Shown here one piece after another: positions 26,200 to 33,641 of a DNA stretch of 64,000 nt (positions within the stretch are counted from its first letter, which is position 1; each line of letters begins with the position of its first letter). Source of the stretch: a virus. Its lineage: Duplodnaviria > Caudoviricetes. The stretch lies in the IMG/VR virus record IMGVR_UViG_3300021959_007005; one strand, 5' to 3'. A program made the translations under genes and the position numbers. The notes beneath the pieces are model-generated. The model did not search any database. It saw nothing but the letters and a program-made list of their open reading frames with translations, and was not told the DNA's origin.

Positions 26200-26865
26200 A
26201 TGTCTGTTCAAAAATTAGTTACTAGTCTTAATAAAAAACTTGATGGTCCTGATTATGTAGGCGAAAAGAATAGACTATTTTTTGATCTTGCAACTAGATC
26301 ATTTAGACTCAGTGACGGCGTGACACCAGGCGGTATAGTATTACAAGGCGGTGGTGGCGGAGGCGGTGGTGGTTTAACTGGTATTACTGATTTTGCAACT
26401 AGCAGTGTTGTTGAGCTTACTGATACTCAAATAACAATTACAGGTGCTGCACTATTAGAATCTGACGAGACTATTGATCCTGTTACAAAATATGAATATG
26501 TGTTATACGGCACAACAGTTAATAACACAGTATCAGAACTTTATAGAGATTCACTCAATAATAAAATTATCTTAGATAATAATACAACTTATTTTTATGA
26601 AATTGATGTAATAGGCAGAGGTAATGCAGGAACTAATCATGCCGCCATACAATTTACTGGTGCAATCAATGTTGACAATTATGGTAGTATGAGTAAAATT
26701 AATGAACAAAAAACTACTATTTCATCTGGACCAGGATTTGATTTAGATGCTATAATCGGCCTAACCTCTAATGATACTTCACTAAATGTTTCAGGCAGTG
26801 GAAGAGCTTCAAGTACTATTAGATGGACGGCACTTGTAAAATTAATTGAAGTTAAACAGATTTAA
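26200..26865 (+). CDS. Putative virion/fibre-associated protein
   Basis: LFFDLATRSFRLSDGVTPGG resembles fibre N-terminal modules; poly-Gly hinge, then a beta-rich domain. Confidence 0.55.
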   Translation: MSVQKLVTSLNKKLDGPDYVGEKNRLFFDLATRSFRLSDGVTPGGIVLQGGGGGGGGGLTGITDFATSSVVELTDTQITITGAALLESDETIDPVTKYEYVLYGTTVNNTVSELYRDSLNNKIILDNNTTYFYEIDVIGRGNAGTNHAAIQFTGAINVDNYGSMSKINEQKTTISSGPGFDLDAIIGLTSNDTSLNVSGSGRASSTIRWTALVKLIEVKQI

Positions 26866-26935
26866 ACACATAAAATAGATAAATAAATATATAGGTACAC
26901 AATATAGTGTAATGAATTTTTAGAGGAGACCAGAA

Positions 26936-27190
26936 ATGGCTTTAACAACAAACGCAGCAACCAAAGCAGGCAACGGCTTAGGTTCAGTAACACAAATCGT
27001 TTCAGCAGCACCATCAGATCAAGCGGCATTAGATGCATTTGAAAAAGCAGTAGGCGCAGCAGGACACACAATTGCAGGCGTCGACGGCGCACACGGCGGA
27101 ACAATGCACTTTGCAATCCAAGGTGGCGGTGCAGTAGCTAACCCAACAGGCGCAGAAGCAACAGCAATTGTTGCAACATTTGAAGACTAA
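26936..27190 (+). CDS. Small Ala/Gly-rich putative virion protein
   Basis: Late box, strong GAGGAG SD, own terminator; highly biased codon use. Confidence 0.7.
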   Translation: MALTTNAATKAGNGLGSVTQIVSAAPSDQAALDAFEKAVGAAGHTIAGVDGAHGGTMHFAIQGGGAVANPTGAEATAIVATFED

Positions 27191-27209
27191 GTTTTAGTAA
27201 TACTAAAAT

Positions 27210-27238
27210 AAAAGCAGTGTTTCGGCACTGCTTTTTTT
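27210..27238 (+). terminator. Rho-independent terminator (UUCG loop)
   Basis: AAAAGCAGTGT-TTCG-GCACTGCTTTTTTT. Confidence 0.85.
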
Positions 27239-27274
27239 ATGACTAAATACAGGTAGAGTATATAGGAGATTAAA

Positions 27275-27622
27275 ATGGTAGCAAGAGCAACAAACAATTT
27301 AAATGCATTTAGCCACACAAATGGAATTGCCGAAGATGTAGAAATGTTTACAATTGATGGTGGTGCAACACTGGCAAATGAAACTAATCCAGGCGAAGCT
27401 ATGGACGCAATTACAAGATGTATTGAAGAATTTTCAAATATTATTGCAGTAGGAGTAGAAGATACTGCTGGTGCATTTCGTATTATGTTACATGGTGGTA
27501 AATGGAAAGCGGCGACATTACAGGACGCACTAAGGGTATTAGGACCAACAGCAAACGGACTAAACGTTGGATCAAATAATTATGACTTATCAGGTGCAAC
27601 AGTAGTCGATTTTGAATTCTAA
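27275..27622 (+). CDS. Small putative virion protein
   Basis: CTAAATAC box at 27243, AGGAG SD, own terminator. Confidence 0.7.
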   Translation: MVARATNNLNAFSHTNGIAEDVEMFTIDGGATLANETNPGEAMDAITRCIEEFSNIIAVGVEDTAGAFRIMLHGGKWKAATLQDALRVLGPTANGLNVGSNNYDLSGATVVDFEF

Positions 27623-27645
27623 ATTATAAAGAATATCCCCAGAAG

Positions 27646-27672
27646 AAGGCGCATTTCGATGCGTCTTTTTTT
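27646..27672 (+). terminator. Rho-independent terminator (UUCG loop)
   Basis: AAGGCGCAT-TTCG-ATGCGTCTT plus T run. Confidence 0.85.
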
Positions 27673-27693
27673 ATGATTTCTTACAATTAAGTG

Positions 27694-27722
27694 TTGACAC
27701 CAAGACGTATTGGTGCTATATG
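27694..27722 (+). promoter_or_regulatory. Early promoter with dyad spacer
   Basis: TTGACA-CCAAGACGTATTGGTGC-TATATG. Confidence 0.8.
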
Positions 27723-27761
27723 TAGTACATAGAAAACAACATAACAAAGAAGGAAGACAAA

Positions 27762-28106
27762 ATGCAAACTCAGTTAAGCACAGCAGAAACCGGATTTGGA
27801 ATTTGGAACCGTTACGTTAATAAGTCAGGCTCTAATAAATCAATACGTTTTAGCTTTGAGCGTGAAACTCAAAACGGTGAGTGGGCATATGATCTTCCAA
27901 TTTGGAATATCAAATATACAGAAGATGGCTTTCATTATACTACAGTTGGTTGTGTTACAGCGTTTCCAGGAGATGGTGTACAAGCTACTATAAGAGGTTA
28001 TGATACGGTCAAAGGTGTAGATCCGTTTACAGTGTTTGAAGATGCAGTTGAAGCCGCCGCAGATTTTGATTTAGAAGAGTTTTATAGAGCAAAAGAAAGT
28101 GATTGA
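27762..28106 (+). CDS. Hypothetical early protein
   Basis: 114 aa after the dyad promoter; AAGGA SD. Confidence 0.7.
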   Translation: MQTQLSTAETGFGIWNRYVNKSGSNKSIRFSFERETQNGEWAYDLPIWNIKYTEDGFHYTTVGCVTAFPGDGVQATIRGYDTVKGVDPFTVFEDAVEAAADFDLEEFYRAKESD

Positions 28107-28131
28107 CACCAAGACGTCTTGGTGCTATGGT
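28103..28131 (+). promoter_or_regulatory. Early promoter with perfect dyad spacer
   Basis: TTGACA-CCAAGACGTCTTGGTGC-TATGGT; CACCAAGACGTCTTGGTG (28107-28124) is a perfect palindrome. Confidence 0.8.
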
Positions 28132-28163
28132 ATGTGTATAAGTTAAACAAAAAGGAACACACA

Positions 28164-28493
28164 ATGAGCTATATGATCAATAAATTCAATAACGGTGAAG
28201 TTAAAATGCAAAATGGCGCCGCAGGTTGGTTGTTTGATAGTGGTGAGTTTCGTCCGCTTATGGCAGATGCAATGGCAGAGCTTTTAGAAGCAGGACTTGT
28301 AGATACCGCTATTGTTAATGCAACTGCAGATGCCCGTAAAGAGCATCTTAAAGAAATATTTGCAGAATATAGAACAGCACAAGCAAATCGCAGTCCAGAA
28401 CAAATTGCAGAAGAACGTATGATGGCAGCTGGTGCAATGGGACCAGGTGTTGATATGGTAAATATATTCACAGGTGAAACTTACACTACATAA
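28164..28493 (+). CDS. Hypothetical early protein
   Basis: Start reassigned to 28164 (MSYMINKF), AAGGA SD. Confidence 0.7.
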   Translation: MSYMINKFNNGEVKMQNGAAGWLFDSGEFRPLMADAMAELLEAGLVDTAIVNATADARKEHLKEIFAEYRTAQANRSPEQIAEERMMAAGAMGPGVDMVNIFTGETYTT

Positions 28494-28504
28494 GGATTAA
28501 TAAA

Positions 28505-28768
28505 ATGAAACGTAATTATAGAACAGCATTCAATGCACTGAAGAAAATGGGGGTGCCAGTAATCGAAGGCGGTTATAATGGCGAAGATACATTTCGTATT
28601 AGCGGTGAAGATAACGATACAGTTGTTTGGGCCGACTACTATGGTGAGTACATGAATGAGCCAGAATACTTGTTTGGTGTTAAGCGTGAAATTAATGATG
28701 TGCTGGACACATGTGGATTGTTTGCAGAGTGGATTAATCCAGGTGTGTTAGGTGTGTGCGAAGCATAA
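28505..28768 (+). CDS. Hypothetical early protein
   Basis: 87 aa, AAGGA SD. Confidence 0.7.
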   Translation: MKRNYRTAFNALKKMGVPVIEGGYNGEDTFRISGEDNDTVVWADYYGEYMNEPEYLFGVKREINDVLDTCGLFAEWINPGVLGVCEA

Positions 28769-28794
28769 ATATTGTTAATACAAAGGACAATGTT

Positions 28795-29037
28795 ATGAAC
28801 GAATTAGATTTATTAAAACGCAATGCTGGTATCTCAGAAGATTCGCAAATGATTCAAGTTAGAGTAATAAACAGTGGATTCGGATCTGATCGAGGTATGA
28901 TGGATGCACAGATTATTAGTCAAGAATTAGACCATAGAATGATGCCTATTCTCAAAGTTAAAATTAAAGATGTTAATATGGGTGACCCTGTTGTTGCGGA
29001 TTTCCGTGACGGTGGATGGGTTGTGGACATGGACTAA
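28795..29037 (+). CDS. Hypothetical late protein
   Basis: Probable start MNELDLLKRNAGISE after CATAAATA box and AAGGA SD. Confidence 0.6.
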   Translation: MNELDLLKRNAGISEDSQMIQVRVINSGFGSDRGMMDAQIISQELDHRMMPILKVKIKDVNMGDPVVADFRDGGWVVDMD

Positions 29038-29595
29038 ATGCAAGATTTTTATATACTACAAAGAACAGATAAGCCACTTAATGCTGAAGTAATTCAGCGT
29101 TGGTACTTAACTGTTGACATGCTTACACCAGAAGATGTTATTATGAGTGATGACGAAACTAATAGTTTTGTTATGGCTACACAAGCTGATTCGTATTTGT
29201 ACTTAATACCGCTAGTAAGACATCTTACTGCTAACGAAGCAGAAGTAATTGTTGAAGGGTATATGAGAATTGCAGATCATGATTTTCAAATAGAATCAAG
29301 TAACGTATATCGTGTAGATGCAGACTTTGGTCATCCTTTTGATTATGACATTGATTTAGACGAAGGTGCTCGTAGTATATTAGAAGATACATATTCAAGA
29401 CAGCAACATAATGCTTGGATACAAGACAAGCAACACAAAGGCTGGCGCTACGGGTTAAATTTAAGTATGCAAGAAAAAACTCATCCAGCAATGCGTCCCT
29501 GGGACGATTTACCAGAGTCTTACAGAAAACAGCCAAGTGCAGATAATAAACAACTAGTTGATTTTTATGCTAGTAATGTAAGCAAATTTAAATAA
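29038..29595 (+). CDS. Protein with C-terminal RyR (ryanodine receptor repeat) domain
   Basis: HNAWIQDKQHKGWRYG...KTHPAMRPWDDLPESYRK fits the RyR-domain pattern H..W...K...GW.YG.....K.HP.L.P...L. Confidence 0.75.
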   Translation: MQDFYILQRTDKPLNAEVIQRWYLTVDMLTPEDVIMSDDETNSFVMATQADSYLYLIPLVRHLTANEAEVIVEGYMRIADHDFQIESSNVYRVDADFGHPFDYDIDLDEGARSILEDTYSRQQHNAWIQDKQHKGWRYGLNLSMQEKTHPAMRPWDDLPESYRKQPSADNKQLVDFYASNVSKFK

Positions 29596-29612
29596 CAATC
29601 TCCACTAAATAC

Positions 29613-29703
29613 GTGTGTCCAATAGTACTCATGAGAGGACTTATGCTGCACCACAGCGTAGCCCATAGAACGGGCGTAGGACTTCTTTTTAAGGAGAAAA
29701 CAA
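29613..29703 (+). ncRNA. Candidate structured cis-regulatory 5' leader, copy 1
   Basis: Follows TAAATAC; stems GTCC/GGAC, TATGCTG/CAGCGTA, GCCC-ATAGAAC-GGGC; near-identical to 30091-30182 with compensatory changes. Confidence 0.6.
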
Positions 29704-30075
29704 ATGGGAAGACCACTAAACAAAAGACACTTTGGCAATCCAGGTAATGATGGGTTCCAGATCAGGGTAACAGCAGACGTAGGTGCTGGCGCAAGCGCAG
29801 GTCATATTGTAAAGCAAACAGGCAGCAAGCGTTTTCTATGTGATGTAGGCGGAAGTGAAGCAGTTTGTTCATTAGGAGCAGGCGCACCAGGCGTAGGCGA
29901 AGTGAGAATTAACGTAACAGACAGTGCAGCAGGTACTTATGATGTTACTAAAATCTCAGGTAGAACATGTACAGTTAAACCACAGACAGGTACACAATTT
30001 GCTCAAGGCGATAAAGTTCCTTGGAACAAAATTGGCGCCGTGGTTAATGAAAGTGTTGTAATCGACTTTCTATAA
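29704..30075 (+). CDS. MGRPLNKR-family putative virion protein, paralogue 1
   Basis: AAGGAG SD; shares KQxGSKRFL, KISGRTCTV and GTQFA...KVxWN with 30183-30572. Confidence 0.75.
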   Translation: MGRPLNKRHFGNPGNDGFQIRVTADVGAGASAGHIVKQTGSKRFLCDVGGSEAVCSLGAGAPGVGEVRINVTDSAAGTYDVTKISGRTCTVKPQTGTQFAQGDKVPWNKIGAVVNESVVIDFL

Positions 30076-30090
30076 TTGCAGCATAAATAC

Positions 30091-30182
30091 GTATGTCCAA
30101 TAGTACTCATGAGAGGACTTATGCTGTACCCACAGCGTAGCGACTAGAACTCGCATAGGACTTCTTTTTAAGGAGAAAACAA
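30091..30182 (+). ncRNA. Candidate structured cis-regulatory 5' leader, copy 2
   Basis: Stems GTCC/GGAC, TATGCTGT/ACAGCGTA, GCGA-CTAGAAC-TCGC. Confidence 0.6.
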
Positions 30183-30572
30183 ATGGGAAGACCACTAAAC
30201 AAGAGAAATTTCGGCGCACGAGCAGACGCTGGTGCCCAAATTGCACCAGCCGCATACACTACCCAACTATTTGGTAATGCTCATATAATCAAGCAAAAAG
30301 GTAGTAAGCGTTTTCTAGTAGCAACTGCGCTGTCTGGGGTCGATCAACCAGACCAAATTTGCAAACTAGTAACGGATGTACCAGCTGCTACTGGTGAAAT
30401 GGTTATCAAATGTAAAGATAGTGTGAACGGAACTTACTTTGTAAGTAAAATTTCTGGTAGAACTTGCACAGTAGTAGCAGATTCAGGAACACAGTTTGCA
30501 TCAAAAACAAAAGTACAGTGGAACCTCAGTGCCGCTGAAGCTGGCGTATCAGTTATACTAGACCTAGCATAA
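30183..30572 (+). CDS. MGRPLNKR-family putative virion protein, paralogue 2
   Basis: Tandem paralogue of 29704-30075. Confidence 0.75.
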   Translation: MGRPLNKRNFGARADAGAQIAPAAYTTQLFGNAHIIKQKGSKRFLVATALSGVDQPDQICKLVTDVPAATGEMVIKCKDSVNGTYFVSKISGRTCTVVADSGTQFASKTKVQWNLSAAEAGVSVILDLA

Positions 30573-30590
30573 TAAAATTATAAAACTCTT

Positions 30591-30637
30591 CCCTTAGTAA
30601 ACACATAAATACTTTAAAGTTTACTAAGGGTTTTTTT
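30591..30637 (+). terminator. Terminator-like hairpin with a late-promoter motif in its loop
   Basis: CCCTTAGTAAAC-acataaatactttaaa-GTTTACTAAGGG-TTTTTTT. Confidence 0.65.
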
Positions 30638-30686
30638 ATGGAAGATCCAAACTAATGAGAATAAATACATTTGATAGGAAGTTAAT

Positions 30687-31289
30687 ATGGATAACATGAG
30701 AAATTTAATTAATTTAGTAGAGGGCCGTATTGAAGGCAATCCAGAAGTTAGTTACACAGATAGCGAAGGTGCATCTGCTACCAAAGTTGTAGCACAATTA
30801 AACAGTTATAAAAGCGGCGTGTATACTAAGTTAGCTATGAAATTAACAAGGCTAGAAGAAATTAAACAAGAAGCTAAAGAACTAACTGCTGAAATTAAGC
30901 AACAATCAAGAGAAAATGTTGCAGATTTATTTGATGCAGAAGATGCAGCAAGTACGAGAGTTGTAGACACATTACAATTTATTTTTACTATGACTAAAGA
31001 TCCAAAAGCAACTGAAAGTCCACAATATAAAAAGATACTAGAAACACTCGAAAAACAATTTACACCAGAGTTAACAGAAGTATATACTAGATTAAAATCA
31101 GAAATGGTTACAGTAACACAAAAAGCACCAGCCTTAAAAGTTGCAAAAAAAGAAGAATCAATACAAGAAATGTTAAATCTACGTGAGGGCATTGCTTCTA
31201 TGTTTACTAAAATTAAAAATGCAGTTATGAGATGGGGACAAAAATATGACGCCAAACTTGATGCATTAAAGGCACAAGTAGGGATGTAA
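30687..31289 (+). CDS. Hypothetical helical virion-type protein
   Basis: ATAAATAC box, AGGA SD; MDNMRNLINLVE N-terminal tag. Confidence 0.7.
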   Translation: MDNMRNLINLVEGRIEGNPEVSYTDSEGASATKVVAQLNSYKSGVYTKLAMKLTRLEEIKQEAKELTAEIKQQSRENVADLFDAEDAASTRVVDTLQFIFTMTKDPKATESPQYKKILETLEKQFTPELTEVYTRLKSEMVTVTQKAPALKVAKKEESIQEMLNLREGIASMFTKIKNAVMRWGQKYDAKLDALKAQVGM

Positions 31290-31291
31290 TA

Positions 31292-31666
31292 ATGAAAATT
31301 AATGAAGTGATACAAATAGTAGAAGAAGTTACGCTAGAAGATGATCAAGACTTCCATGAAGAATATGGCTATCTAGCATACAGCATTGATGAAAGTGATT
31401 TGTTCGAAGCAGAGTATCAAGGACGTAAAGTTAAACTAAACAAGCCAATGCGTGGCGATGTTAAAAAGTTTAAAGTATATGTTAAGAATAAAAAAGGCAA
31501 TGTTATCAAAGTTAACTTTGGACACGGTGGTACTAGTGCCAAACGTCCAACAATGCGTATACGCAAAAGCAATCCAAAAGCACGTAAGAGTTTTAGAGCA
31601 AGACATAATTGCGATAACCCAGGGCCAAAGACTAAGGCACGTTACTGGTCATGTAGAAAGTGGTGA
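31292..31666 (+). CDS. Conserved basic Cys-containing phage protein
   Basis: MKINEVIQIVEE tag; EAEYQGRKVKLNKP...KVNFG...RKSFRARHNC...ARYWSCRKW. Confidence 0.75.
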   Translation: MKINEVIQIVEEVTLEDDQDFHEEYGYLAYSIDESDLFEAEYQGRKVKLNKPMRGDVKKFKVYVKNKKGNVIKVNFGHGGTSAKRPTMRIRKSNPKARKSFRARHNCDNPGPKTKARYWSCRKW

Positions 31667-31667
31667 T

Positions 31668-32741
31668 ATGAAAGCTGAAGATTTAAGGTTACCTGCAGCC
31701 GCAGCAGGATTAAGAACAGGTACTTCATTTAAAAAAGGTGCTAAAGCGAGTGGACCAGTGAGTCAAGCTACTTACAATCGTGAAATGGGAGCTTTAGCAA
31801 GAAGTAAAACAGCCGTAAAACCAACAAAACAGATTCCAATGCCAGGGCGTGGTGTAAATGAACTTAAAATAGTTAAGCCTAATCCTAAGGATACCAAAGG
31901 TATTAAACGTAGTGATATGCCACAAGTGTCCAAAAAAGATTATCCAGAATTTTTTGAATACTTAAAATCTAACGGTGCTACTTTTGAGATGCAAAGAGAT
32001 ATTCCTGCTAACACATTCAAATCAACACAGGGTGAATTTAGCGATGCTGGTGTTGAGAGATCAATGACTAAACTACTCAAAGGTGCAAAAAAGAAACCAA
32101 TTATAGTTAGTCAAGACAACTATATTATTGACGGACATCACAGATGGTTAGTTGCTATGAACTTAGGCAACAGTACAGTTGACACAATAAAGATAAGCAT
32201 GGATGCAGATGAGTTGCTAGCACTAGTAAAAGCATTTAACAAAACAAGTTACAAAGACATTTACAGTGAAAAAATAGATAAATTTAATAAAGACGAACCA
32301 AACAAAAGTACAGTAGCAGTACCAGGTTACGGTACTATGAACATTGATAGTTTGATGAAAAATGTAATCGATCAAACAACACAAATGTTAACTCAGATGA
32401 AACAAGGCACACAGGGTTTTCGTAATGCAAATTATGCACTTAACAGTAATAAGGTGTTAGCAGCTAAAGTTGGGGCATTAGTACAAGCGTTAGATGACTT
32501 GCAGTCAATACGTAGTAAAGGCGGATCAAATAGTAGAAATATACAGCAAGAAGCAGAAAGCGATAATGAATTGCCAGTTGATGAAAATGCTATTATGTCT
32601 AAAATACAAGAATTTGAGAGCCAAGAATATGTTACACCAGAAGACGCTGACTTTATGAGAAGAGCTGTACAAAGTTTAACATCTGGTAGACAAACAATTA
32701 ATCCACAAGCTATACTACAGTTATTAACACTGGTATCATGA
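31668..32741 (+). CDS. Multidomain protein with ParB/sulfiredoxin-like domain
   Basis: True start probably the ATG at 31668; FKSTQ...KPIIVSQDNYIIDGHHRW is the ParBc/Srx signature. Confidence 0.7.
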   Translation: MKAEDLRLPAAAAGLRTGTSFKKGAKASGPVSQATYNREMGALARSKTAVKPTKQIPMPGRGVNELKIVKPNPKDTKGIKRSDMPQVSKKDYPEFFEYLKSNGATFEMQRDIPANTFKSTQGEFSDAGVERSMTKLLKGAKKKPIIVSQDNYIIDGHHRWLVAMNLGNSTVDTIKISMDADELLALVKAFNKTSYKDIYSEKIDKFNKDEPNKSTVAVPGYGTMNIDSLMKNVIDQTTQMLTQMKQGTQGFRNANYALNSNKVLAAKVGALVQALDDLQSIRSKGGSNSRNIQQEAESDNELPVDENAIMSKIQEFESQEYVTPEDADFMRRAVQSLTSGRQTINPQAILQLLTLVS

Positions 32742-33586
32742 AAGCATTTGAAATCATAAATGAACGTGTTCAACAACGTACACAGATTATGTATCATGGC
32801 ACTAGTACTAATTTAATACCTAGTATTAAGTCTAACGGATTATTAGCAACACCACCAAAGAAAACATATGATAAAGACACGTATGGTGCAAGTACTGCGA
32901 GTATGGGTGGTGTATATGTTGCTAGTGAGAAAGGCTTTGCATTAGAAGTTGCTCGTGAAGCAGTTGGAACACATGGTGGCGAAAAGGCACTAGTTACAAT
33001 ACAATATGTAAAAGGTTCAGGAGACCTTGACGAGGATGAAATAGTTGCTAGTATTAGTGATGCCGCCCAGCAAATAATGAGAAAACTGTCTGCTGACGCA
33101 CCTAATAAAAGACCAGATATCATACCAAGTGGAATGAAGTTTAAAGATGAGCCACCTGATCGTTATTCTGGAATGAGCTATCCAGATCAAGGATGGGCTG
33201 CTGATTGGATGGTTAGTAATATAGATAAATCCGCAACTCAAATCGCCACACGAACAATAGAAATACTACAGAAAAAATCCAAACCAAGTAAGCAAGCCAT
33301 TTCTATAGTAAAACAAATGGCAACTAAATTATTACAGTCAGCTAGTAAGGTTGAAGACGCATATGGCAGATCAAGAGCCATTGGCTTTGATGCGTATGAT
33401 ACTTTTAGAGAAAACATGGAAGATTTATTATCGGTATTAATGCAACAAGTTAATCCTGATACTGCTAATAAGAGTGCAGAATCAAGACGTATTAATAGAG
33501 ATGTAAAGTTTAAAGGTAAAACAAGAATACTACAAATTGAATCTCCTGTTGGCAATATTGTATATAAAGATGCAAATTTTAATTGA
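32738..33586 (+). CDS. Putative ADP-ribosyltransferase-fold protein
   Basis: MKAFEIINE tag, then MYHGTS...SIKSNGLL...GGVYVAS...A, typical of HY-clade ART/Tpt1-like strands. Confidence 0.55.
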   Translation: MKAFEIINERVQQRTQIMYHGTSTNLIPSIKSNGLLATPPKKTYDKDTYGASTASMGGVYVASEKGFALEVAREAVGTHGGEKALVTIQYVKGSGDLDEDEIVASISDAAQQIMRKLSADAPNKRPDIIPSGMKFKDEPPDRYSGMSYPDQGWAADWMVSNIDKSATQIATRTIEILQKKSKPSKQAISIVKQMATKLLQSASKVEDAYGRSRAIGFDAYDTFRENMEDLLSVLMQQVNPDTANKSAESRRINRDVKFKGKTRILQIESPVGNIVYKDANFN

Positions 33587-33641
33587 CAGTTAATACCCAA
33601 TAGTATACAACATAGTAGTACATACAATCTAGGTAATCAAA

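Noticed and set aside
11673-28131. Dispersed palindromic repeats as att sites, IS ends or mini-CRISPR repeats
   Set aside because: Each copy has exact -35/17-bp/-10 geometry, the same orientation and a downstream SD-ATG; no integrase or transposase is in the window.
29613-30182. Duplicated leader as a tRNA or hammerhead ribozyme
   Set aside because: There is no cloverleaf or T-loop (GTTCRA) and no CUGAUGA/GAAA core; kept only as an unnamed structured leader.
31452-31667. N-terminal extension of the ParB-like ORF given by the track (and similar extensions at 8233, 8460, 28119, 46247, 51494, 62211)
   Set aside because: These extensions overlap other real genes or promoters and lack SDs; downstream ATGs with SDs or coupled stops fit better.
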